64,000 nt of DNA from Picochlorum sp. SENEW3. Its lineage: Eukaryota. The notes beneath the pieces are model-generated. The model worked only from the letters and a program-made list of their open reading frames with translations. It did not search any database and was not told the origin of the DNA. This document shows, one piece after another, positions 34,717 through 46,080 of this stretch (positions are counted from its first letter, which is position 1; the number at the start of each line of letters is the position of its first letter). The stretch spans positions 620,001 to 684,000 of the forward strand of contig CP120454.1 in the NCBI GenBank assembly GCA_034226945.1. Reading direction: 5' to 3'. The position numbers and the translations under genes were made by a program.

Positions 34717-35512
34717 TAATATTCACTTTACATTGTCAGGCAAAAGATTGGTTTCCTTTCAAGATGCCTAAAGCACTTCCTGGCCATTGAACATCCAGAA
34801 GCTGATCTAAGAAAAGTAGGCAAAAAGACCAAGTGAAGCAAGCTCCTTTGTGGTCCACATCGAAAAAATGTCTCTGATAGTCTTAATCGTCCAGATCATA
34901 CAGTTTTTTCTCAAACATGTGAGTGTGAAAATTTTCAGGGCGAGTGTAAAAATTCATGAACCCAAGAGGAATCTATTTATTACAGCAGATGGCCAGTCCT
35001 GTTTACACGCTTCTTCATCTCACCACTGAAAACATGGTGATGCATGAGGCCAAGCTTGAGAGGCTTGGCTGACGAGGAGGGAAACAATAAAAGCATCTCC
35101 TTAAAGTCGAGGGCTTTCCGAAATATCGAACGCTGCCCATATGGGCAGTCCATTAATGGATACATAGTACTATTCCAAGATTGGCTGACATCACTGATCA
35201 TCAGATGTCACATCAGGCAATCATGTACAGCGTCAATTCGCACAAGGGAAGAAGAGCGCACTGCAACATTTGAGAAAACAGAAGAAATAAGCAATTTGAA
35301 AGCTTTCTGCCATAGTTTTGAGAGACGAATCCCTTTCACAAGTTGAAGCTTTCGAAAGAGCAAGACCCGCGCACCTTTTACTATTTGACGCATTCAGCTC
35401 CTACGAAGATCGATATATTGCGCAGTCAAAGAAATTTAAATTAATTCAAGTAAAGGACCATGTAAAACTCGCATGGCTGTTAGGAGTTTGCAACCAGCAA
35501 CACCATTAGACC

Positions 35513-36148
35513 ATGGAGGAAAAGTCATTGTATGAGATTCTAGGCGTTGATCAGGCAGCATCACAGCAAGAAATTAGGTCTGCGTTTCAGGCAAGAGCCT
35601 TTGAGCTTCATCCGGATTCACGAGATGGAAGGGATGACACTCCAGTAGATGCCAAGGAAGCTTTTCAAAAGGTTGTTGAGGCATATCATGTACTACGTGA
35701 TCCTGAAAGGAGAAAAAAGTACGATGTATCCCGTCGTCATACATCTCGGAAAACAATATGGGATGTCCATGTTGACGAAGATGAGGACATTGTCTGGAAA
35801 CACAAGAGGGAAACAGTTGATGAGTGGTTTGAGAAGGCATCACGTGGATTTCGCCAATATGCTCGAGATACTGAGAGGCTGCGACGAGAGAGAGATAAAG
35901 CAACATGGAAGTCGCATTATGAGGCCTGGATGGAGGAGAAAAAAGAAGCTGTTAAAGTCAAAGAGCGCTTTGAAAGATCGATCTATAAAAGCTCCATTGC
36001 ACGGGATATGAGGAGGTTGCAAACCATTAAAAAGTTTTGGCACTCACACCGAGGTATTTTATGGCAAGATGTTGTCATTGGAGGAGTACTGTTGACCTTG
36101 ACAGGAGGAGCCTTGTATGAAGGGATGGATCTTGTCAACAGCAGATGA
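35513..36148 (+). CDS. DnaJ-domain protein with C-terminal TM
   Basis: SLYEILGV...HPD...AYHVLRDPERRKKYD J-domain. Confidence 0.9.
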   Translation: MEEKSLYEILGVDQAASQQEIRSAFQARAFELHPDSRDGRDDTPVDAKEAFQKVVEAYHVLRDPERRKKYDVSRRHTSRKTIWDVHVDEDEDIVWKHKRETVDEWFEKASRGFRQYARDTERLRRERDKATWKSHYEAWMEEKKEAVKVKERFERSIYKSSIARDMRRLQTIKKFWHSHRGILWQDVVIGGVLLTLTGGALYEGMDLVNSR

Positions 36149-36181
36149 CAGCATCTTGAATGAATGAATGTATTGAATTGA

Positions 36182-37407
36182 TCAAGCTAGCGTCAGAATT
36201 TCATGCCCATCTTCTGTAATGAGAATTGTGTGTTCTTGCTGTGCACTCAATCCACCATCAGCAGTCACTGCTGTCCAATTATCTTTCCAGAACTTCTCCT
36301 TGGCAGATTTTTCACACAACATTGGCTCAATCGTGAATGTCATTCCAGGCTGCATGACACCTGGTTCATTATTTCTATAGTGCAGTATGTGAGGATATGC
36401 ATGGAAAACTGTTCCTACTCCATGTCCTACAAAGCTTCTGGATGACGTATACCCGTACGAATCTGCCACCTTTTGAATGGCTTTGCCAATCTCTGCGAAT
36501 CGCACTCCTGGTGCGCATAGATTGATCGCAGACATCAAAGCCTCTGTTGTAGCCGTGCATAGTCTTGAAGCACCTTCAGATACCTTTCCTACTTTAAACA
36601 TTCGCGACGTGTCTCCATGATAGCCCTGCAGAGTGCACATGATGACAATCAAACCCATTATTCTACCTGTGTGTGTTACGAAGGATGCAGATGATGAACG
36701 CACATTGAGATAGACAGTGACATCAATATTCACAATATCACCCTCTTGAAGCTTCCTAGAGTCCGGAATACCGTGACAAATACACTCATTCACTGAAGTA
36801 CACACCGATTTGGGGAAATTCCCATAGTTCAGAGGACTCGGATATGCGCCAGCATTGATACACGCCTCATGCACAGCCCTGTCAATCTCTTCGGTCGTGA
36901 CACCCGGCTTTACAAGACTACCTGCCAAGTTCAAAACCTCAGCTGCAAGCTTACATGACGCCCTCATCCTCTCAAGGTTTTCAGGCGTATGAACCTGAGG
37001 GTTTGGATCCCATGGAGGCATTTTCCCAGTATCAGCCCAGGATGGTTTGGGGATATGAGCAGGAACATCCCCAGGAGGAGATACAGTTCCAGGCTTCAAT
37101 GGAGCACGTCCATCGTCCTCACTGCACAAGATCAAAGCACAGGATACATGAGATTGCGAATGGAACACCGCCTTGGACCAGGCATACACACCAACCTTGC
37201 TGACTTTTTCATATTCAAAAGCTCCGACATGCCTCTGCGAGCCATAGCGCTCACATCTCGAGATGAACATTCAGATTTCAAGACATTTGAATATTGTCCA
37301 ACTCGTACAGGTGACAAACGACCAGAAGGACTCACAATTCTCCATGTCGAGACATGTCTAGAAATGCAACTCGTCCCATTCATTCTAGCAATAGTGCAAT
37401 ATCCCAT
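36182..37407 (-). CDS. Methionine aminopeptidase type 1, organellar (two introns; start approximate)
   Basis: YPSPLNYGNFPKSVCTSVNECICHGIPD, GYHGDTS, GHGVG, FTIEPM, SAQQEHT motifs. Confidence 0.92.
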
Positions 37408-37747
37408 GATGAATTTGGAAATAGTTGCCATCTGCGTGTGTTCAGCTGTGGAAATCAAAGGAATCCAAAGGGCAGGTTCATACAAAATAAGGAGTTTGAG
37501 GAAATCTGCTCCAATCGTGATCCATGATGCTGTTCCAATCCACTGATCGAAGCATATCTGAATGTTTAAAATCAATTTTATTGCAATAGAATACCACGTA
37601 GCTGATGATGAGTGCGAATTGCTGCTTGGTGGCACCCAGTTCGAGCAAGTGGTTTAACAGAGTTCAGAATAGCAGTCCAAGAGTGCGTAGCATTGTAGTA
37701 TACGGTCAATGAATGACTACTTTATAATGTAATTAACCATATGCGTG

Positions 37748-38236
37748 ATGCAGAATGTCTCTGGAACGACATGCGGAGGACTTCCACGAGGTTTCCTTCA
37801 ACACAGGACAAGGTCTGTCCATATGCTGAGGCGTAGTTCTAATGCCGACGATGCACCATCCTCGCCGACTGAAGAAGAGGATGACGATATTTTGATAGAG
37901 AAACAAATGCTGAAGAAGAGAAAGGGTAAAAGCGATGCTGCAAAGAAGCCTTATGATGTTGTGTCAGCAACCAGGGACTCTGTGTACGGAGATGGACAGC
38001 AATCAACAGTGCAGCAGTTTGAAACAAATGTGGTAGGATTTTTGGGCTTGTTGTTCGTGGTTATATTATTGGAAGGAATATTTTTGGGTGCATCTGGATT
38101 CTTGAGCGAGGAAGCCGACCAGTTTGCACAGGATGTTGTGTATCCTCTGTTTTCCCCAACATTGGGACTGTTCCTTGCTGGGTCAACTGCATATGGATTG
38201 TGGAAAACAAAAGAGCGTCCAGAAGAAAAAAAATAA
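37748..38236 (+). CDS. LPA2: Low PSII accumulation 2-like thylakoid protein
   Basis: C-terminal ILLEGIFLGASGFLSEEADQF...VYPLFSPTLGLFLAGSTAYGLWK matches the LPA2 two-TM region; transit-peptide-like N-terminus. Confidence 0.8.
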   Translation: MQNVSGTTCGGLPRGFLQHRTRSVHMLRRSSNADDAPSSPTEEEDDDILIEKQMLKKRKGKSDAAKKPYDVVSATRDSVYGDGQQSTVQQFETNVVGFLGLLFVVILLEGIFLGASGFLSEEADQFAQDVVYPLFSPTLGLFLAGSTAYGLWKTKERPEEKK

Positions 38237-38237
38237 A

Positions 38238-39860
38238 TCATGTATGTAACATGACGTCAGAAAATACAACATGCCTAGAAAGAGGATCGGCGTGTGTGCA
38301 ATAAACAGTAACAGGCTGCCCAATCATGGTGGGCATGTGAACTCTACATGTGACTTCCCTTCCTATATCATCAACGTATACTGCAGCAAGCCCATACTCT
38401 TGGCGAATCCAATTCAATAAAATACCGCTCCAAGGGTGATGTGGGTTTTGTTCTCGGTGTCGTTGAAAATAGACAGCCATCCAGTAGTCATCTACACTTC
38501 TCTCGAGTACAGCAATTCGCTTGCTTGTTTTCTGCACTTCATCTACCACTGTTTGCAACGATTCTGCGTCATACAGAGGACGATCACCTCGAAGGGCAGA
38601 TTTTATCTGCCAATGCGCCAGCATATCTCCATACCTTCGGATTGGGGAGGTTGCTTGAACATATCCTGGTAATCCCAGCCCTGTATGATGGATGGGGTGT
38701 GACACTCTTGTCAGGCTGCTGAGCATGAATTTGCGCATATAGTAGCTCCGACAAATACCTTCAGGAATCTGTTCGAGCTCTTCGTTCGATGGTCGCACCG
38801 GCATTTCCTGTCCTCTATAAGGAAGAGGCAGTGAAAGACTGGACCCCACTCGAGCAACAATATCCCCTGCAAGAATCATCATTTCTGACACCAGGCGTCT
38901 CGATGCTGACGCAATGTCATTGGAAACTCGTGCCAATGTTACTTCTTTCTCTTTTTTGTCTTCATTGTACGAGACGGAGAGAGATGATTCCGGGATATGC
39001 AGTGTCTGTGCCCCATCTTGTCCTCTCCTCCTCTCTCTCCTCTCTGCAGCCCTGTGCAGTACTGATACCATCGTATTATTGTCTTCTAATAAAATTCTAT
39101 CAACCATATCATATGTTAATCTCTTGTTTGACGACACATTTGATGGAAATACATCCATGGAATCCTCAATGATGGATCCATCCTCCCGAATACAACAGTG
39201 CATGGTCAATGCAGGTGACAATGCATCTTCTCGTAAACTACACACATCTGTACCAAATCGCCATGGAAACATTGGTATTTTACCATCCGGTAAATACACA
39301 GTCCGAGTACGCTGCCTCGCCTCTACAGCCAGGACATGGTCTGGCATATGCAACCAGCGTGTGGGATCAGCAATATGGACAAACACCTCAATCCCCCTCT
39401 CAGTTTCTCGTGCACTCAGCGCGTCATCTATTTCAACAGTTGATGCATCATCAATAGTTATAGTTTCCATATCAAGCAAGTTTATTCGATGATCCGTATC
39501 AATATCATGACGAGCCAATGCATCATCCACTCCAGGTCCACTGACATTGACATGCTGACCAAAATCCATAGAATGCAACCCCTTGGGAAACCCAACATCG
39601 TCACGCGTCGTATACACAGATTTCAATACGCCTGCGACATCATTTGGATGATACGACACACCATGCCCTTGGATAACATGGTCCACGCAGCGCCTTTCTT
39701 CAGCTGACAGGATGTCTCCATCCAAATACTTTTCCAGCACAGCAGACACATGGTCTCCATCTCCCCACTCACTGGCATTCACCATTGAGGAACAATAACG
39801 TATTCTTTTCTCGCATGCCTGTAGAATGGACGATGCTTGCCGTCTAGATACTCCAAACAT
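38238..39860 (-). CDS. Ribonuclease II/RNB-family exoribonuclease, organellar
   Basis: TIDDASTVEIDDALS, VHIADP, SEMMILAG, YVQATSPIRRYGD motifs. Confidence 0.92.
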   Translation of the reverse strand: MFGVSRRQASSILQACEKRIRYCSSMVNASEWGDGDHVSAVLEKYLDGDILSAEERRCVDHVIQGHGVSYHPNDVAGVLKSVYTTRDDVGFPKGLHSMDFGQHVNVSGPGVDDALARHDIDTDHRINLLDMETITIDDASTVEIDDALSARETERGIEVFVHIADPTRWLHMPDHVLAVEARQRTRTVYLPDGKIPMFPWRFGTDVCSLREDALSPALTMHCCIREDGSIIEDSMDVFPSNVSSNKRLTYDMVDRILLEDNNTMVSVLHRAAERRERRRGQDGAQTLHIPESSLSVSYNEDKKEKEVTLARVSNDIASASRRLVSEMMILAGDIVARVGSSLSLPLPYRGQEMPVRPSNEELEQIPEGICRSYYMRKFMLSSLTRVSHPIHHTGLGLPGYVQATSPIRRYGDMLAHWQIKSALRGDRPLYDAESLQTVVDEVQKTSKRIAVLERSVDDYWMAVYFQRHREQNPHHPWSGILLNWIRQEYGLAAVYVDDIGREVTCRVHMPTMIGQPVTVYCTHADPLSRHVVFSDVMLHT

Positions 39861-40595
39861 GAAGAAAAACGTCCTACCAACCAAGAAGTGTTGAGAGAAA
39901 ATATGTGTCGTCTCACCACCACCAACCCGGCCTCCTTTTTGTTGTTTTGTTGATTGAATTACGTGTAACACGTACAACGGTATCACATACGTTTTAAAAA
40001 TACCATCATGTTAATAAATATAAAAAATAAAGCAGGCCGTCTTCCTGTGAGCTATGGGATTGTAGCATAGTGGGCAGACGGTGCATGCGAATCCACCGAA
40101 AATCAAACACCGTCTCCAAATGGTGCTTTGGTGATCGCAACGAGAGATCTCTCGCGTCTAGAGGCATGTATGTCTCTCTCCCATACTCATCCAAGTATTC
40201 TTATACCTGGTAAGGAGTTCATGAGTACCATGGCTGGCCATCCATGCTGTTTAAACACACAGCATTTCCTGCTGGTTCTAGTCTCCTGCCCACAACCATT
40301 CGGCTTCCAATGTCGAACCACCACTCTCAATTAACCCTCCGAAGAGTTCCCAAAAAGCCACCCGAAGAAGAGTAAGTCAGAAGACGAATGCAGGACATGG
40401 CCCATTGCACCACATGGTGCCAAGCCAATTGGCCCTTGCAAGGGTCATGGCCAGGATCGTCCTGCCTGTAGGCAAGATTGCGCGTGGGCTTCTTCATGAG
40501 AACCCCTAGGATTCTGGGGAAATTGAACGACACTTCTGCATATTTATTACTGAACTTTTTTGTATATATCTCTGAATACGCAGTAAACTGGCAGG

Positions 40596-41543
40596 ATGAG
40601 GCCTGTAGTGGATTACGTGGCCCTGTTGGTAGTAGTAGCCGCGTTGGTATGTCTGCCAGGACGAGTACACGTACGCGCTGAAAAGACCCTGCGCATTATT
40701 GGAGGCAACCCTGCTGAAAAGAATGAATATTCGGATTATGTTTTGCTCAGTAAGACCAAAGATATATGCGGAGGGTCTCTGATTGCAAAGAACCTTGTCC
40801 TCACTGCTGCTCACTGTGTCTTTGACGAGAATTTGAATCTTCTCAATACGAGCGACTTCACTGCTGCCAAGGGTCCCAACCTTCGGCTGGATGACAATGG
40901 TCGTCCTGTTTTTGATCGACTCCAGTCGATTGGAGGAGGTGGCGGGCTAGTTGGGGTGAGTGGGGTGAAGAAACTGATTCCTCACCCAAAGTATGCCAAG
41001 AATGCAAAAGCAGGAAGCAATTTGGACGACATTGCCATCATCGTTTTAAATGAGACTCTTCCTGGACCACTTGTGACGTTGGCTGAGCCGGGTGCGTCTC
41101 GAAAGTTGCCAACTGGAACCACAATGAAGGTTATTGGCTTTGGATACAATAATAATTTCCCTCTGCAACCTGATGGCGAGAAGGAGTTTATACCATACTT
41201 TCCCAATCGGTTGTATGAAGTATCCATGTCACTTGGACAAGCCAAAAAGGCGCCATGCGATTTTGAGGGATTCAATAATAAAAAGCAGTTGTGCCTCATT
41301 GGGAATAAGACATCATTTCCTTTTCCAAATGAGGAGTTGGAGTTGGTGAAGACGGACGGTTTCAAGGGTTCGTGCAAAGGAGATTCTGGAGGTCCTTTGT
41401 ATTATGATGGAGTTCAGTATGGGGTGGTGTCGTTTGGAAGAGGTCTCTGTGCTGAATTCCAGGCAAATCCAATCATTTTCAGCAAGGTCTCTGCCAACCG
41501 CAAATACTTTATCGACCCAATCATCAAGGAATACTCCGTGTAG
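40596..41543 (+). CDS. Secreted chymotrypsin-fold (S1) serine protease
   Basis: Signal peptide, activation site R-IIGG, CGGSLI, LTAAHC, DIAI, GDSGGP catalytic triad motifs. Confidence 0.93.
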   Translation: MRPVVDYVALLVVVAALVCLPGRVHVRAEKTLRIIGGNPAEKNEYSDYVLLSKTKDICGGSLIAKNLVLTAAHCVFDENLNLLNTSDFTAAKGPNLRLDDNGRPVFDRLQSIGGGGGLVGVSGVKKLIPHPKYAKNAKAGSNLDDIAIIVLNETLPGPLVTLAEPGASRKLPTGTTMKVIGFGYNNNFPLQPDGEKEFIPYFPNRLYEVSMSLGQAKKAPCDFEGFNNKKQLCLIGNKTSFPFPNEELELVKTDGFKGSCKGDSGGPLYYDGVQYGVVSFGRGLCAEFQANPIIFSKVSANRKYFIDPIIKEYSV

Positions 41544-41918
41544 ATATATACACATAGATGTATCTATAGGATGGATGCATCTGTCGGTGTATGCCGTTAG
41601 ACGAGGAGTGTATTCACCTCCTTTGCATGATGTGGCTACACGTTCCACCCATACATTGCCACGATGTGTTCCATGGAACACACAAAGGGTTTTAGATGTC
41701 TTCTGTATACGTTCGTTCGTGATGATTGTCATGTCTTTATCTGTAACATCGCCGTGTAGATCAAAAAAAAAAAAAAAAAAGTGTAGGCATCATGGCATTC
41801 CCGAATATCTGTCCAGAACAACCCGCCCAGGAGTCACCACCATCCGGCTGTCGATCTATGTTAACGGATACCCGCCCTTTTGGCATTAAAAAATCATTTA
41901 GTTGTTAAAATTAGAACC

Positions 41919-42500
41919 ATGGTACGTTGCATACGATTATTTGCATCCTAGCCCATCTTTTGGGCAGCCGCCGACGCCTGCGACTCATTTCTTCTTTGCA
42001 AAGCTCTGTATCGGCTGCATGCCCATATATCGCATATATGAATAGCACATCCATATATGTATGTGAAAGAAAGGGTTGCGTGTCGGTTTGGTGTCGTGTT
42101 CGGGAGTATCAGAGAAGAATGAACTCGAATTCATCCGTCTAGCCTTTCAGCAACAGCAATCGCTGGATGAATGGAAACGAATTCTCTTCAGATTCTCTCT
42201 GAATAAATTAAAATTGTATATCAGCATATTTTTCAAGCCAATCGTGATGAATGATACACTGGACGTTTTGTGACATTGTATGCCTGTATGCAGCCAAAGA
42301 GAATTGAGGAAATCAAGGAGTTTCTCCTGACTGCCCGTCGCAAGGACGCCCGCTCTGTGAAGATTAAGAAGACTGGTGATGTCACCAAGTTCAAGGTCCG
42401 CTGCTCCAGATATTTGTACACTTTGTGCGTGAAAGACTCGGACAAGGCAGATAAATTGAAGCAGTCTCTTCCACCTGGATTGCACGTCATTGAGATTTAA
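41919..42500 (+). CDS. RPL38: 60S ribosomal protein L38 (ATG-only first exon, intron 41922-42293)
   Basis: [26 protein letters not shown]...[22 protein letters not shown] donor at 41919 and TGCAG acceptor at 42293. Confidence 0.9.
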
Positions 42501-42557
42501 GTCATATTTACATAGAGACCTTGTAACTTAATCATTATTCTATATCATGGCACGTGA

Positions 42558-43100
42558 TCATGTCTTGCTGACAAGAAGCTTTCCTATTGTGTCATCCAGT
42601 GCAGCCTTGTCTGCACCACTAAATGTGTTGACAATGCTGCCTGACGAATCAAAACCAATGAATGTTGGTACAGCTGAAACTGCATGATCTGCAACGATGT
42701 CTGTTGTTTCTGGTGCATCGATATCTATCTTGCAAAACAGAATTCCATCAGAATGCTCCTTTGCCAACTTTTGCAGAACAGGGGCAATCATGCGACAAGG
42801 AGGGCACCATGCCGCTGTGAAATTTAAAAGAATAGATTTGTTGCTGCTCGATGACTCTGCCTTGATATCATCCCATTGAGAGGGAGACTTGATCTCTTTA
42901 ATGTCAGAGAACATGGGAGATGAGTTTGAAATCAACCTCCTCGGGGTAGCCTGGCCGAGGGATGGAGACATGCTGTCCTTCACATCAGAATATATAGATG
43001 ATGAATTTGAGCTAGTTAGGGTGACCTGGCCAAGGGAGCCCCAGCTGGTTGATGCCAGGTGGGTACCCATCACCCGTACTGTCGCCGTATATCGCTGCAT
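42558..43100 (-). CDS. Thioredoxin with mitochondrial-type presequence (o-type-like), WCPPC active site
   Basis: NFTAAWCPPCRMIAP, KIDID, VSAVPTF. Confidence 0.9.
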   Translation of the reverse strand: MQRYTATVRVMGTHLASTSWGSLGQVTLTSSNSSSIYSDVKDSMSPSLGQATPRRLISNSSPMFSDIKEIKSPSQWDDIKAESSSSNKSILLNFTAAWCPPCRMIAPVLQKLAKEHSDGILFCKIDIDAPETTDIVADHAVSAVPTFIGFDSSGSIVNTFSGADKAALDDTIGKLLVSKT

Positions 43101-43368
43101 CTCTGTGTATATCTAGACTTCCTGCAATATTTTTATTTTCCTACAGACAATTGTCAATGTTTGGAGACGTACGAACAACAAGAACAAGAAGAAGATGAAA
43201 AAAAAGAGACAGGGTTTTTCTTTTATTCCTATTTACGAAATGCTCCATGGTTTTGCCTACAATTCATGTGACAATGGTTGTTTGTCATGATGGCTATAGT
43301 CACCATTAATAGAAATATATGTAGTACAGTGATGACTATATGGGTATCAAATAAAGAAGAGTTTAGGA

Positions 43369-44070
43369 ATGGATTTTGATTACTTGGGAATTGGAACGAA
43401 CTGTCAGTTTCAGGAATGTAAACAGTTGGATTTTCTTCCATTTCGTTGCTCAGGATGTAACAAAATATATTGTGGTGAGCATAGGCATGCAAAAGATCAT
43501 GCATGTTCGTCTCCTCCGACGGCGGCAGAGGAAAAGACTATAGTCATTTGTCCAGTCTGTGCTAGGGGAGTACGGGTTGCTGAGGGGTTGGAGGCGGATT
43601 ATGTGATTGATAGGCATATGCAGAGTGGGGAATGTGATCCTCAGAACTATAAGAGAGTTCATGGAAAGAGACGGTGTCCTGTCAAAGGATGCCGAGAGCG
43701 GTTGACAACAGTGAACTCGTACCAGTGCCCACACTGTGGGACTGAGACGTGTCTGAGGCATCGATATAAAGCATCTGATCATGCATGTACAGGAAGAAAG
43801 AGCTCTAGTCATCAGTCTTTTACAAGCTCATTTGTGTCAACGTGTAGGAATATGCTGTCCAGTAGCATAGGGCAGTCACACTCTGTAGGTTCAAGCAAGA
43901 ATAAAGCTGCACGGGGGCATGGTAGGCACGTGCGTGAGGCAGCGGCATGTCCTCATTGTGATGTTGTATGCAAGGATGCGGTTCAGTTGGTCGCTCATGT
44001 GGAAAAGTGGCACTCCAATGTGTCTGGGAGATGTCCTCCCCAGGAGGATACCGCATGTGTGGTGATGTAG
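43369..44070 (+). CDS. Tandem AN1 zinc-finger plus C2H2 protein (ZFAND2/SAP11-13-like)
   Basis: GTNCQFQECKQLDFLPFRC..C...YCGEHR...HAC; second AN1 finger; C-terminal CPHC...HVEKWH. Confidence 0.88.
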   Translation: MDFDYLGIGTNCQFQECKQLDFLPFRCSGCNKIYCGEHRHAKDHACSSPPTAAEEKTIVICPVCARGVRVAEGLEADYVIDRHMQSGECDPQNYKRVHGKRRCPVKGCRERLTTVNSYQCPHCGTETCLRHRYKASDHACTGRKSSSHQSFTSSFVSTCRNMLSSSIGQSHSVGSSKNKAARGHGRHVREAAACPHCDVVCKDAVQLVAHVEKWHSNVSGRCPPQEDTACVVM

Positions 44071-44152
44071 AACGTGATAGAAACGCGCATTGTGACTCGT
44101 ACTGATATAGTGTAAAATATATGTAATATATGTGAGTTTGAACTGTATTTGA

Positions 44153-46075
44153 ATGGCGTATTCGGGTAGTAGGGTCGCATGCCGGCGACATGTGGTTCCC
44201 AACCAGAGGAATTTGCAGTGGCGTTCGTATCATACACGGTGCATTTGTCGCTCAAATTGGCGTACAGATACTCAAGGTTCATTTGGACGCGAATATGAGC
44301 TTGAGAAGTTGCTCTGCGTGCTGCCTGAGAGAATCAGAAGTTCGATTTCTGAGAATCAAGTGGACTTGTCACAGGTGATTGAAATAGTCTTGGATTATGG
44401 AAGGCATCCACTCGTTCGGGTTCATCAAGATGCTAAGAAGGTTCAGAACAAAAGTATCCATGGCAACAGGGGAAGGGATATGAAACTGTCGTTGCAGCCT
44501 GTGACCAGGGAAGAATTGGACCATGTTGTAGGCCATTGCTCTGACTTTGCAGATGATAACAGAGCGGGGATTGACGGGACGCTGCATCGTATTAGTGCGA
44601 TTAGAAATAGATCTGGAGAGGTAGTGGGAATCACATGCCGTGTTGGAGAGGCTGTGAAAGGGTCTGCCGCCATGGTGAGGGATTTGGTTGTGGATGGACA
44701 TTCTGTACTGCTCCTGGGCAGGCCTGGTGTTGGTAAAACAACCGTTATTCGGGAAATTTCTAGAATGCTTGCTGATGAGTCTTTGAAAAGAGTTATGATT
44801 GTTGACACGTCGAATGAAATAGGAGGTGATGGAGATGTATGTCATCCAGGTATTGGCAATGCAAGGAGAATGCAGGTGCAGACACCGACAGATCAGCATC
44901 GAGTAATGATTGAGGCTGTCGAGAATCATATGCCTAACGTGATAGTTATTGATGAAATAGGGACGGAAGACGAGTCACTTGCAGCGAGAAGTATTTCCCA
45001 GAGGGGAGTGCAGTTGATTGCTACAGCCCATGGCAATTGCTTGGAAAATGTCATGAAGAATCCATCCTTGAGTGATCTTATCGGTGGTATTAGTTCTGTT
45101 ACTCTTGGAGATCAGGAGTCCAAGAGACGAGGAGTACAAAAATCGGTACTGGAGAGAACGGCGCCACCTACATTTGACGTGGTGATTGAGATGATACACA
45201 GGGACCAATGGATAATTCATACAAATGTTGCAGAGTCTGTGGATTCTATTTTACGGGGAGAAGAGCCTGAGACTCTGATTCGATCCATTGGAAGCGACAA
45301 AAAGATCCACACCTCTGCAGACGGGGCGTTAGAAGCAAGAGAAGAGCTCTTGGGGTCTCGGGGTATTTTGAACAGCACAAGGATTTTTGAGCAGCCTGAG
45401 GAGGATGAGGAGGCAGGTCCTGTTGCACACGAACCACGATTAGAAAAACAGAGGAAACAACAGATTCGAAAGAAGCAAGGACTACAAGTGTATATTGAAG
45501 GAGTCGAAAAAGAAGTCATAGACGAAATTAGTAAAGAACTGGAGAGGGAAACACGTCTCAACATCATTCAGTCATTGGATGATGCTGATGCCGTGTTGAC
45601 TAGCCGTGCTGCATTAAAATCGAACGAATGGTTAAAAGAAGTCGCTAAATGCTCGAAAATACCGCTCTTTTTGGTACGATCGGGAACCAAATCCTCCATA
45701 TCCAAAGGTTTGCAGAAAATCTTGAGCAATAAAGACATGTTACCAGGAAGGCTTGTTCCACACACTCAGCAAGTCTCATCACTGCAGTCAACCAAAGTGA
45801 ATGTTCGTCCAACCGGAGGCATCCTGGAATGCAAATCGGCGATCGATGAATTTGTCTTGCGGAAGCATGCTGCTGTCGAAATCGTTCCAAGAGATGCAGA
45901 GACAATGCAGAGAGTCACAGCCATGATAGAGGATCTATCCTTGGAGCATGAAATCCTACAGGTTGGCGATTCTGCATCCCTTAAGCGAGTTCGAGTGATG
46001 CCGAAAAATTTCAACCAATCATCAAGTGATACAAGACCTTACAATAGATCAGATAAGAGTATAGAGTTTTGGTAA
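44153..46075 (+). CDS. Ycf45-like P-loop ATPase (plastid-targeted)
   Basis: EIVLDYGR, DNRAGIDGTLHRISAIRNR, GRPGVGKTT, IVDTSNEIGGDGD, ENHMPNVIVIDEIG. Confidence 0.9.
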   Translation: MAYSGSRVACRRHVVPNQRNLQWRSYHTRCICRSNWRTDTQGSFGREYELEKLLCVLPERIRSSISENQVDLSQVIEIVLDYGRHPLVRVHQDAKKVQNKSIHGNRGRDMKLSLQPVTREELDHVVGHCSDFADDNRAGIDGTLHRISAIRNRSGEVVGITCRVGEAVKGSAAMVRDLVVDGHSVLLLGRPGVGKTTVIREISRMLADESLKRVMIVDTSNEIGGDGDVCHPGIGNARRMQVQTPTDQHRVMIEAVENHMPNVIVIDEIGTEDESLAARSISQRGVQLIATAHGNCLENVMKNPSLSDLIGGISSVTLGDQESKRRGVQKSVLERTAPPTFDVVIEMIHRDQWIIHTNVAESVDSILRGEEPETLIRSIGSDKKIHTSADGALEAREELLGSRGILNSTRIFEQPEEDEEAGPVAHEPRLEKQRKQQIRKKQGLQVYIEGVEKEVIDEISKELERETRLNIIQSLDDADAVLTSRAALKSNEWLKEVAKCSKIPLFLVRSGTKSSISKGLQKILSNKDMLPGRLVPHTQQVSSLQSTKVNVRPTGGILECKSAIDEFVLRKHAAVEIVPRDAETMQRVTAMIEDLSLEHEILQVGDSASLKRVRVMPKNFNQSSSDTRPYNRSDKSIEFW

Positions 46076-46080
46076 CATAT

